DNA from: the human T2T-CHM13v2.0 reference genome, Homo sapiens
Reading direction: 5' to 3' (one strand)
Assembly (NCBI RefSeq): GCF_009914755.1
Contig: NC_060935.1
Length of the DNA stretch: 64,000 bases
This document shows, piece by piece, positions 12,914-23,939 of the stretch (the first letter of the stretch is position 1; each line of letters begins with the position of its first letter). Both the position numbers and the translations under genes were made by a program. The notes below the pieces were generated by a model. That model saw only the letters and a program-made list of their open reading frames with translations. It was not told the DNA's origin and did not search any database.

Positions 12914-14861
12914 TGCTATTCTTATCAAACTACCAGTGACATTCTTCATAGAACTAGAAAAAACTGTTCAAAAATTCATGTGGAACCAAAAAAGAGCCCA
13001 AATAGTCAAGGCAATCCTAAGCAAAAAGAACAAAGCTGGAGGAATCACATTACCTGACTTCAAACTATGCTACAAGGTTACAGTAACCAAAACAGCATGA
13101 TACTGGTACAAAAACAAGCACATAGACCAATGGAACAGAATAGGCAGCCCAGAAATAAGGCCATACATCTACAGCCCATCTGATCTTTGACAAAGCTGAC
13201 CAAAACAAGTGATGGGGAAAAGACTTCCTATTCAATAAATGGTGCTGGGATTACTGACTAGCCATATGCAGAAGATTGAAGCTGGACCCTGTTCTTACAC
13301 CACATACAAAAGTCAACTCAAGATGAATTAAAGACTTAAGTGTAAAACACAAAACTATAAAAACTCTGGAAGACAGCCTAGGCAATACTGTCCTGGACCT
13401 AGGAAGGGCAAAGATTTCATGACGAAGACACCAAAAGCAATTGCAACAAAAGCAAAAATTTACAAATGGAATCTAATTAAGCTTTTGCACAGCAAAAGAA
13501 ACTACTAACAGAGTAAACAGACAACCTACAAAATGGGAGACAATATTTGCAAATTATGTATCTGACAAAGGTCTAATATCCAGCTTCTGTAAAAAACTTA
13601 GACAAGTTTACAAGAGAAAAACAACCTCATTAAAAAGTGGGCAAAGGACATTTACAGACACTTCTCAAAAGAAGACATATATGCTGCCAACTAGCATATG
13701 AAAAAAGCTCAATATCACTGATCATTAAGGAAATTCAAATCAAAACCATAATGAGATACAATCTCACACCTGTCCGAATGGTTACTATTAAAAAGTCAAA
13801 AAAGAACAGATACTAGCGAGGATGCAGAGAAGAGGAAATACTTGTACACTCTTGGTGGGAGTGTAAATTAGTTCAACCATTGTGGAAAGCAGTATGGTGA
13901 ATACTCAGCTAAAAGCAGAACTACCATTCAGCTGAGCAGTCCCATTACTGGGTATATACCCAGAGGAATATAAAGCATTCTACCATAAAGACACATGCAC
14001 ATAAATGTTCATTGCAGCACTGTTCACAACAGCAAAGACATAGAATCAACCTACATGCCCATCAATGACATTGGATAAAGAAAATGTGGTACATATACAC
14101 CATGGAATACTATGCAGCCATAAAAAATAATGAGGTCATGTCTTTTGTGGGAACGTGAATTAAGCTGGAGGCTATCATCCTTAGCAAATGAACATGGGAA
14201 GAGATAACAAATACCACATGTTCTCAGTTACAAGTGAAAGCTAAATAATGAGAACTTATGAACACAAAGAAGGAAACAAGAGATACCACAGTCTACTTGA
14301 TGGGGAGTGGGAGGAGAGAGGGGAGCAGAAAAGATAACTACTGGGTACCGGGCTTAATACCTGGGTGATGAAATGATCTATACAGCAAATCCCCATGACA
14401 CGTGTTTACCTATATAACAAATCTTCACATGTACCCCCAAACCTAAGATAAAAGTTAAAAAAATGCGGAACATATGAACCATGGAATACTATTTAACCAT
14501 AAAAAAGAATGAGATCATGTCTTTTGTGGGAACATGGATGGAGCTGGAGACTATTATCCTTAGCAAACTAATGCAGGAACAGAAAACCGAATACCACACG
14601 TTCTCACTTATAAGTGGGAGCTAAATGATGAGAACTCACAACACGAAAAAGGGATCAACAGACACTAGGATCTACTCGAGGGCATTGGGTGGAAGGAGGG
14701 AGAGGAGCAGAAAAGATAGCTATTGGGTACTGAGCTTAATACCTTGGTGTTCAAATAATCTGTACAATAAACCCCCATGACATGAATTTACCTATGTAAC
14801 AAATATGTACCCCCCAAACCTGTACCCCCTGAACCTAAAATAAAAGTTTAAAAAAAAAAAA
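12914..14861 (+). mobile_element. 5'-truncated L1PA14/15-like element with a tandem second 3' end
   Basis: ORF2 C-terminal relic ([14 protein letters not shown]) and 3' UTR ending at 14460. The last ~380 bp are repeated at 14461-14861. Confidence 0.88.
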
Positions 14862-14877
14862 GAAGAAGAAGAGATTC

Positions 14878-15176
14878 GTTCATGTGCAGTGGCTTATGCC
14901 TGTAATCCCAGCATTTTGGGAGGCTCAGGCAGGTGGAGTACTTGAGGCCAGGAGTTCAAGACCAGCAGAGTCAACGAGGTGAAACCCCATCTCTACTAAA
15001 AATTTTAAAAAAATTAGCCAGGCGTGGTGGTGCACGCCTGTAATCCCCGCCCCAGCTACTTGGGAGGCTGAGTCATGAGAATCGCTGGAACCCAGGAGGC
15101 AGAAGTTGCAGTGAGCCAAGATTGTGCCACTGCATTCCAGCTGGGGTGACAGAGTGAGACTATATCTAAAAAAAAA
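14878..15176 (+). mobile_element. Alu (old, J/S type)
   Basis: Dimeric Alu with a decayed 5' end and short A tail. Confidence 0.92.
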
Positions 15177-15188
15177 TAGATGTTAAAA

Positions 15189-15453
15189 TTTATTTTTATT
15201 TTAAGTTATGGGGTACATGTGCAGGATGTGCAGGTTTGTTACACAGGTAAATATGTGCCATGGTGGTTTGCTGTACCTCTCAACCCATCATCTAGGCATT
15301 AAGCCGAGCATGCATTACTTAGTTTTCCTAATGCTCTCCCTCCCCTCACCCCACCCCCCGACAGGCCCCAGTGTGTGTTCTTCCCCTCCCTGTATTCATG
15401 TGTTCTCATTGTTCAGTTCCCACTTATAAGTGAGAACATGTGGTGTTGGTTTA
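15189..15453 (-). mobile_element. L1PA 3'-end fragment, inverted
   Basis: T-rich tail followed by ggggtacatgtgcaggatgtgcaggtttgttac...cccacttataagtgagaacatg. Confidence 0.9.
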
Positions 15454-15612
15454 AAGAATAGATTTTTAACATTCACATTACACACACAAATAAGTTGGTA
15501 AGGTGATGGATATTTTAATCAGCTTGATTTAGTCTTTCTACAAGGTATACATTGATCAAAACATCACATCGTGCCCCATAAATATATGTAATTGTTAAAA
15601 ATAAATAAATAT
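15454..15612 (+). mobile_element. Terminal piece of the old L1MA 3' UTR
   Basis: Resumes exactly at the duplicated AAGAATAGATTTTT and ends aaaataaataaat. Confidence 0.8.
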
Positions 15613-15614
15613 GT

Positions 15615-16570
15615 AAAAATGAATAGGCAAACCACCAACCAGATAAGTATAATACACATAACTACCAAAAGAATCGTTCAGCATATGAAAAAATGTATAC
15701 AAATTAATAATGAAAAAGATAAATACTTAATAAAAATAGGCAAAACTTAAGCAGACACTGCCAAAAAAAAGAGTAGCTAAAAAGCACTTAAAAGATGCTC
15801 AATTTAATAAGTCATTATGGAAATGCAAATTAAAACACAATGAGATACTATTTAACACTCATTACAATGACTAAAATTCAAAGACTGGCAATACCATGTT
15901 TGTTGGGAACATGTGGAGCAACTGGAACTCTCATACATTGCTGGTGGGAATGTGAAATGGTACAAACATTTTAGAAAATAGCTTGGTACTTTCTTATAGA
16001 ATTAAGTATACATCTTTCCTTGATCCTGCAATTTCATTCCAGGTTGTCTATACAAAGAAATGTAAACATATATCTACAAAAAGACTTGAATAAGAACGTT
16101 CACAGCAGCTTTATTTATAATAGCCAAAAAATTCATAACACATCACATATATATCTGTCAGTATGAAAATAGTTACACCATAGTACACTCACACAATTAA
16201 ATAGTACTCAGCCTTATGAAAGGAACAAACTACTGATACATGTGATGCAATAACATAGGTAAATCTTCAAAATATTATGTTGAGTGCAAGAGCTAGAAAC
16301 AAAAAATACACATATTATGATTCTAAAAAGATACAGTTAAAGGTCAGGCAAAGCTAATATTTGTTGATTGAAATAGAAACAATGGTTGCCTCTGGGGGCA
16401 GGAAGAATGAGGAAGCACAGGGGAACTTTTAGAGATGATGAAAATATTTTGTCTTGAATGAAGTTTGAGTCACATAGGTGTATTCATTTAACAAAACTCA
16501 TTAAGCTGTACATTTATGATCTGTGCATATCATTCTCTTAATTATACCTTAATTAAAAATAATAAAAAAT
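15615..16570 (+). mobile_element. Ancient L1 (L1ME-like) 3' region
   Basis: ggaaatgcaaattaaaacacaatgagatac ORF2-end relic, L1ME-type 3' UTR, and A-rich end. Confidence 0.75.
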
Positions 16571-16601
16571 TATTAAAAGATGCAGCATTTACAATTAATA
16601 T

Positions 16602-16607
16602 TTTATT
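16602..16607 (-). terminator. Probable MRGPRX2 polyadenylation signal AATAAA (3' UTR ~0.95 kb)
   Basis: tttatt on the plus strand, followed on the minus strand by a T-rich downstream region (the antisense L1 tail). Confidence 0.6.
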
Positions 16608-17019
16608 CTGTGGAACACGTAACTTTTAAAAATATGTGCAATTTAATTAACAAAATAAATGCTCCGAGTTCTTCGGAATAAAAGGTAAATCTGACATACA
16701 GCCTGTCCTCCAAGAACATGGAGTCTATAAGACCACTGGAAACTTCCAGGACGAATTAGAGAGCCCCCAGAGAGGGAAGATTAGAACAAAGGCAAAGGGG
16801 AAGGAATGGGAAGGCGTGTAGCTGGGATTTTAAGGGATGGCATGTGAAAGGAAACCACAGGAAGACAGTGTACCTCAAACTTTAAATATGTGTTGACATT
16901 GATTTATCTAATTATAAAACTTAATTTCATGTTTGCAAAATTCAAAAGTAGTGAAAGCAATAAATTTAGTGACTCAAATCTGGTAAATGGAGACTTTTCA
17001 GAGGTTTAACTTAAACATT

Positions 17020-17120
17020 AACCAGTTTATTCATTCATTAAGCCATTCAACAAAGATTTATTAAGCTAGGGGGATATTCTAAGGTCTGCCAAAATGAAAG
17101 ACGACTGCTCTTTTGGAGCT
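17020..17120 (-). mobile_element. L2 3'-end relic in the MRGPRX2 3' UTR
   Basis: tttattcattcattaagccattcaacaaagatttattaagc resembles the reverse complement of the L2 tail. Confidence 0.55.
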
Positions 17121-17379
17121 AGTTTTAAATTTAATTCTTCTAATTTTGTTGAGACAGAAATTGTACGGAAGAGAAAAAGAAATTAATTAAAAATATAACA
17201 TTCTTTGAGTCCCTATCAAGTGCAGTGTCCAAAGAAATGTAGATCTTTTCTGCCCTGCTTTCAGCCTTCTGCGAAAGGTAGGATTCATTAAAAGTGGGAA
17301 CAGTCATGGACCGCAGAGTTGGCAAAGCTCTCATAGGGCTGTGGTGGAAGCCTGTGAGTAAGGCAGTTCCAGAGACACT

Positions 17380-17475
17380 GCACTTAGTGTTTGTTTCATA
17401 GGCACTGTCTCACTTAATCCTCACAAGGACTCTCTTAACTGTTTTAAAATCAGGACTGAGAAAGTTCAGCAAATC
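17380..17475 (-). mobile_element. MIR relic in the 3' UTR
   Basis: tcacttaatcctcacaag...actgagaaagttcagcaa is similar to the MIR core. Confidence 0.55.
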
Positions 17476-17542
17476 AGACAGACAGGGGCAAAGTTGCCTC
17501 TCAAAGCCACATATATCTGATGGAAGTAGAGGCTGTCCATCT

Positions 17543-18535
17543 CTACACCAGACTGCTTCTCGACATCTCCGGGGTGCCCTGACGGAAGCATCCTTCACTG
17601 TGATCCACCTCAGCAATGTCCTGCAGAGCCCTCTGGAGAGCCAGCTTGAGGATCGGCTGCTGCAGCCGCCACTGCTTCCTAAAAGAGCCCACGAAGAAGT
17701 AAATGATGGGGTTGGCACTGCTGTTAAGAGATGACAGGACAACTGAAACTGGATGAATATGACAAAATAAGACATCAGAATCCTTCCAGATCCATAATAT
17801 TAGGAACCACTGAATGCCAAAGGGCAGGCCGCAGAGGAGGAACACCAGCACTGTGAGCAGGATGGTCAGGTACAGCCTGGTCAGTGGCAGACCCCTGGAG
17901 CCACAGAGGATCCTGACCAGCAGGGCCAGACTGGACCCACAGAGAACCATGAATAAAAAAATCAGCCACGCTGCAGTGATGAAATCAAATGTCTGACACC
18001 AACCAGAGTCACCATCACTAAATAAGAAGCCACAGAACTTCCCTTCCAAGATGCTCAGCAGTAGGGACAGGGCCCAGAGCAGGACACACACGACCGCTGA
18101 CAGGTGTCTGGGGCGGCGGCAGCGATACCAGATGGGCCACAGGACGGACAGGCAGCGCTCGGTGCTGACGGTGCTCAGCATGCTCAGGCCTGCAAGGTAG
18201 GCACAGGTCATCACAGTGGTGAAGAAGCTAGGGAAATTGATGGAGATGGAACAGAAGAAGTTACTGAGGTACACCAGGCAATTTATAATCTGGAAGCAGA
18301 GGAAGAGGAAGTCGGCCCCGGCCAGGCTGAGGACGTAGACAGAGAAGGCGTTCCTGCGCATGCGGAAGCCCAGGAGCCAGAGCACAAACCCGTTTCCTAC
18401 CAGCCCGACCAGGGCAATGAAAAGGATCAGGAAGACCGGGATCAGGGTCTCCTTGCCACAAAGCAGAAGAAGGGCTTGGTCATTTCCATTCACTGTTGTA
18501 CTTTCTGTTCCCCAGGCCGGGGTGGTTGGATCCAT
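17543..18535 (-). CDS. MRGPRX2: Mas-related G protein-coupled receptor member X2 (330 aa, intronless CDS)
   Basis: Seven hydrophobic segments with class A motifs: GN (TM1), LAGAD (TM2), ERC in place of DRY, CGLP in place of CWxP, and NPIIY. The termini [14 protein letters not shown] and [11 protein letters not shown] match MRGPRX2, as do E164, D184, C168/C180, W243 and H259. Start context is GAGC-ATG-G. Confidence 0.98.
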
Positions 18536-18580
18536 GCTCAGAAAACCTCCACTGGTGCCCCTGGAAACAAAAACAAGACT
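18536..18580 (-). other. MRGPRX2: MRGPRX2 intron 1 splice acceptor and 25-nt 5' UTR of the coding exon
   Basis: The minus strand reads ttgtttttgtttccag|gggcaccagtggaggttttctgagcATG: a polypyrimidine tract with AG at 18562-18561 and exon start at 18560. Confidence 0.85.
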
Positions 18581-18604
18581 TGAGCACCTGCTGCATGTTC
18601 ACTG

Positions 18605-18765
18605 ATTTTCATGACCAGCCTGTTATGTGGTAATTACCGCCCCTGTTTTACAGGAGAGGAAATCAGAGGCTTGAAGAGATTAAGTCATTTATTAAGGGCC
18701 AGGGAGTCCTAGCACCTGGATTCAAACTCATTTCTTGCTGACTCTAAATCCTGGGCTCTTTCTAT
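18605..18765 (-). mobile_element. MIR next to the splice acceptor
   Basis: ctgttttacaggagaggaaatcagaggc...ggattcaaactc...tgactctaaatcctgggctctt. Confidence 0.7.
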
Positions 18766-19144
18766 TACAAGGTAGATCCTCTGCTGGTATGGGAATATTC
18801 TAAGGCCCAAACACCCCCACTCACTGTCACTGTGTCATGTCTCCTGGAGGCAGGAAGAGAAAAGTCTAGGCAGAATATGTGGGGCAGCAAGAGACAGTAC
18901 TCTGAGTTCAGGATTCTTTTTATCCTGGCATACAGATTTCCTCTCAGGGGCCAGAAGAAATGACCCAGGCCATGACCCATGGCCACCCTTAATGACTGAG
19001 AGGAGTCCATCAACAGTCAGAATGGAGATTGTGATTTAGGGTCATAACGGAGAGGTGACTTCTTGCTAGGACAGGTCTGAGGACAGCCAGGCCTGTCAGA
19101 CTAGAAATTGCTCAGTGGGTCAGCTTTATGAAAACAGAAAGAGT

Positions 19145-19260
19145 TTTTCTCTTATCCATTTCTGTGTCCTCAGTGCCTAGCTCAATGTGAGGGCATAGTG
19201 GAGGGTCAAGAAGTTTGTACCACATATAAATGAATGAATGAATGCATGCATGCATGCATG
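19145..19260 (+). mobile_element. L2 3' end with (TGAA)n changing to (ATGC)n
   Basis: cagtgcctagc...catagtggagggtcaa...tgaatgaatgaatgcatgcatgcatgcatg. Confidence 0.6.
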
Positions 19261-19894
19261 GGGAGCCAAGAGTAGTTGAAAATTTGGGCTAAGTGGAACA
19301 CCAACATTTTAAAATGAAATTAGTCACTAAAAAACACACATGTAAAGAAATGAAGAAAACATCATTCTTCATGTTTCCTTCTGGGAAAGCTCTGGTGTAT
19401 TTGAAGGGATTGCTTCTGCCTACACAGATAGTGAATAATGGCCACTGTCATATCTTCAATCCAGGAAGGGCTAGTATATGGCTTTTGCTCAGCACCCAAA
19501 AGAGTTTAAACTTCCAGTTTATGGAGAGGATTCAGGGTTTATCTGAATTTCTCTGCATCTTGGAGGAAAAGGGGGCAATTTGGGAAAAGGAGAGAGAGGC
19601 AGCAATTGAGAGTGTCTAGTGTCTAGAGGTAACTAGAGGGTGTTGTGGTATGAATACATCTAAGGTGGACCCATTACTTCCCCCAGATGATTTTGAGCTT
19701 TCTTTGCAAATTAAAGCATTTGTGAACAGGATTATTTGGGGAAAGGAGTGGGAAATTAGAAAAAAGAACCATGTCTACACTGTGCAGGGCTTTGGGGGGA
19801 AAAGGCAGATGCTTATGCAAATTACACTTGGGAAGGAGCCCTTACTCATAATGGGGTGAATAATAGCAGCTGGCTGAATGCTCTTCAGGTATAG

Positions 19895-20070
19895 CCTCTT
19901 TAAATCTTCTTCAGAGCCTGGTGAGGTCAGTACTATTATTAGTCCCATTTTACAGAGAAGGAGATTAAAGCACAAATGTATTGAGTAATATGCTTCAGGT
20001 CTCACAAACAAGTGGTAGAGCCTGCATTTGAACCCACAGGTCTGTGTCAGAGGGCTTGTTCTTAACCAGC
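19895..20070 (-). mobile_element. MIR
   Basis: tattattagtcccattttacagagaagg...gcatttgaacccacaggtctg. Confidence 0.7.
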
Positions 20071-20272
20071 CTTGCAGCCCCATTGCAAGGGTTCAATACC
20101 AACTACACATGAAGAAAGGAGAAAAGCAACAAGTAATGCTCATATCAAATCCAAAATGGAATGTCGAAATTGCAGTTTTTTAAGCCTAGATTAAGCAACT
20201 TTAAGAAACAGTAAGGAAGAGAGATTAATCAAATAAGGAGAAGAGATATGAATAGAAGCCAACTGAGAATAA

Positions 20273-20858
<586 letters not shown>

Positions 20859-21199
20859 CTGCACCTGTATTTTTAAGTGTATGTCTGTTTTTTCTTTTAC
20901 TTCCCTCATTAAGCTCAACATTTTTGTTGTGGTTGTTCACTATTATATCCCCAGCCTCCAACACATATCCCTTGGAGGCCATCTATTGTAATACGCTCAT
21001 TTAACAAAGAAAGACAGGCTTAACGTGTACAAAAGAGTTTCCTGAATCACATGGTGAAAAGCAGGTCCAATACCAGCTCCAGTCTCCTGGGGCCCTGTCC
21101 TAGGTTTATTTCTGTTCCATGTCTACATCATTCACTATTTGTGAGGCAGTGTTGAGAAAAATCTCCAGGTGAGCACAGATGCTAAAAGAGAATCGGGCT

Positions 21200-21600
21200 A
21201 TAGAGACTGCTTGTTGCCCCAAAAGCCATTCTCCTTTTCTCACACATAATAATTCTGAGTCTTAGATCAGAAAAAGGCCCATTTCTCAGCTTCCCTTTAT
21301 GCTAATGGCACCATGTAACCATATGTGATGGTCAAGGGGAGGTGAGAGAAAGTGATATAACCAGCTCCTCCTGTACTCTTTCTTTTTTTCTCTTCTCTCT
21401 GGCTGGAATGCTGATGTGTTTGGGAGCCATGTAGGACCATGAGGGTAAGGGTACCGCTTTAGGGATGGGGAAATAGAAATTGGAAGGAGCCTTGATGTTT
21501 GATGTCTTAGAGTTATCAGCCCAAGTCTAATAAACATTCTTTTTGATTATCACTATAATAGGTTTCTTTTTAGAGAAGCCAAAATCATAAACTTACATTA
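21200..21600 (+). mobile_element. Old MaLR LTR (MLT1-type)
   Basis: ctggaatgctgatgtg...gaccatgagg...gaaggagcc motifs typical of old MLT1 LTRs. Confidence 0.55.
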
Positions 21601-21855
21601 CACATACCTGTGTACTTATAGCTGGGAGTACCTATGTACTCCCAATCCCTTTTTTTCCCAACCACATTCCATTCTCAAGGCATTTATGATGATAGTGAGA
21701 GACTAGTCCAAAGAAGTGACACTAGATGGGAAGGTCAAACAATTAAAAAAAAGGGAGGTGATAGAATGAGAAATTGATTCAATCACATTAATAGAGAAAG
21801 TCTCAGGAAAGACAAACTGAGAAGAGGCTATGGGAAGAAATGGACTTTTCCTATT

Positions 21856-22392
21856 TGCTATTAGGATCTCATGTCCATCCTTCTCTACCTGCCTTTGCAT
21901 CCTGGGAGGAGACATGTCTGTGCCTCGTCAATGGGCTGTCTTTCACTCAGGCTCCAAAGGGTACACATTGACAGGAGATTGGAGGGTGACTTTTTTTTTC
22001 AGCCAAAGGGACACATTGACAGGAGATTGGAGGATGATTTTTAAAAAATTTCCTGGCTCTCTCCCTGCGCCCTGAAGGGCTGTGAGTTGGCAGTGGCAGT
22101 GTTTTTCTACCTAAGGACATAGCCCTGTCTGGTGGCCCTTTCCTGTAGCCACAGCTATAGTTACAGTTACAGTTACCGCTACAGCACATTCTGAGTTCTC
22201 AGAACTTCTCTTTCTCCTTATCACTTCAGACCTAGCAACGGTAACAGCCCTCCACTATCACTTGCCTTTGAGGGCTTCATCATTCCTTAATCCCTGTTCA
22301 CGCCGTTGTAAACAGTCTCTTCACTAAACTCCTCTAAACTACCCCTTTAGAGTGTGTGATGTGTGTTTTCTGCTGGGACAATGACAGATATG
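21856..22392 (+). mobile_element. LTR33-like ERVL solo LTR in intron 1
   Basis: 3' end ttgtaaacagtctcttcactaaactcctc...tttctgctgggacaatgacagata, with an internal ~49-bp tandem duplication. Confidence 0.65.
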
Positions 22393-22740
22393 AAGGAAAA
22401 ACCTTTTGAATAACAAGAAAATCAGTGCAACCTGAGGTTTTAAATAACAATTTAGCTTAGGGAAGTAATGACTTCATTCTAGCCTGCCCCTAAATTAAAA
22501 TCAGCAAAATCTTTCTCTCCATAGTTTCAGATTTGAATGGTCGAAGAGAAGGGGAGAATATTGGTAGATAGAAGAGAAGTGGGACGAACCTGCTTGACCC
22601 CATTCGGATCTCCCACCATCTAAGCTGCCAGCATCCAAAGCTTCCTCAAAGGAGCTTCCTGTCTTCTTTTCCTAATGAATTCATCAGGATGTGGACTAAG
22701 GTACCAAAACTGCCTTTGAAAGAAGATGGTTCTTGAACAA

Positions 22741-22850
22741 ACTCTTACCTTAACACCCTTCTTTCTACTGGAGTTGGTGAGTTGAGAAGTGCTTTCCTGG
22801 GACTGGCAAACAGCTGAGGATGGGGAGATGCCTGCAGGATCTGGAGTGAA
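22741..22850 (-). other. MRGPRX2: Probable non-coding exon 1 of MRGPRX2 with splice donor (exon ends 22749; TSS approximate)
   Basis: Strong donor AAG|GTAAGAGT on the minus strand in non-repetitive sequence, with no uATG in the segment. This fits the remembered two-exon, ~6 kb gene structure. The 5' end cannot be determined from sequence. Confidence 0.6.
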
Positions 22851-23100
22851 ACCTGATGACTGAGTGAAGCTTATCAAGATGCTCAACAACCCTGTGATTT
22901 CCTGTACAGAGGGTGCTGGAAAATAAGAGTATGACACAGGAAACCACATGAGATGTTTCTCAGCATTTGCCCTGACTCCAATCACTTATCTTGGTTTCTC
23001 CCCTACCCTCTCCGGCCCCACTCCCTGCAAGGAATCACCGTCCTGAAGTCTTTCATTGCCCACAATGAGCATCCAGGAAGCAGACCAATCAAGCGACGTG
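22851..23100 (-). promoter_or_regulatory. Putative TATA-less MRGPRX2 promoter
   Basis: GATA sites at 22870-22876 and 22985-22991, ETS CAGGAA at 22937 and 23074, RUNX AACCACA at 22942-22948, M-box CACATGA at 22945-22951, and CCAAT at 23085. Confidence 0.5.
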
Positions 23101-23572
23101 AGCTTTCATAGCTAAAGAATAGTCTGCCCTCTTCTGCTTGGCATTCAAGGCCCTGGCTTACTTGACCTTTCAAAATCAGGTTTATTTCAAATGACACTAA
23201 GGTGTATAAAATGAAATGCAAAGTCTCTCGAAGTCTCATTCCCCAAAAGCAACCACTGCATACAGTTTCCATTCTTTTTTTTAAAAAAGCTTTGCGTAAT
23301 AAAACAACATTTCTATTTTTGATTTATCAATGTTAACAACTAGATATATTGAGTCTCCTTATAAAATATAGGGGACTTAGCACATCACATGCACCATCTG
23401 TCACGTTTCTCCCTCTACATCATGATATTTATTAGCTAGATTATTTTTAGATCATCTAGAGCCAACCAATATTTTCAGCCTTATCTCCTATGACTTCCTT
23501 TCATGTGCCTATGCTGCAGCCAAATTGAGTTATAAGTAACAATTATGAAGCATTTAAGACAATCAGAAGAAA

Positions 23573-23700
23573 TTATTCACTCATTTATTCATTCATTCAA
23601 CACTGTTTATTGTTTGCCTATGATATGTCAGGTACCGTTCCAGGCAATGAAGACACAATGATGAACACCATACAAGATCATGCCCCTTTGCATTCCAGAG
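23573..23700 (-). mobile_element. L2 3' end
   Basis: ttattcattcattcaacactgtttattg...tgtcaggtaccgttccaggc. Confidence 0.7.
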
Positions 23701-23939
23701 CAGCTGGGTGACCTCAGACAAGGAACATGTGTTGATTGAGGCGAGTTCTGAGACTCAGCATTTTCTTGTATTATACTTTGGTGCAGTGGGTAAACCATGC
23801 ATTTGTCCCCAGAAATCTGCTTTCCTCATGAGCAGCAGCAGGACCTTAGAAAGCTTTAACTTCCGTTACTGTCTAACCTACTGTGCTCTATTATTTGATT
23901 TTGATTCTGTTTCCCTCCAACAAATGAAACACTTATTAT

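Noticed and set aside
17410-17969. Alternate-frame ORFs (64 aa and 121 aa) overlapping at TGATG inside MRGPRX2
   Set aside because: Deep inside the mRNA with no plausible initiation route, and expected by chance in GC-rich coding sequence.
18104-18583. 159-aa antisense ORF over MRGPRX2
   Set aside because: A shadow of the GC-rich codon usage of the real CDS, with a non-ATG start.
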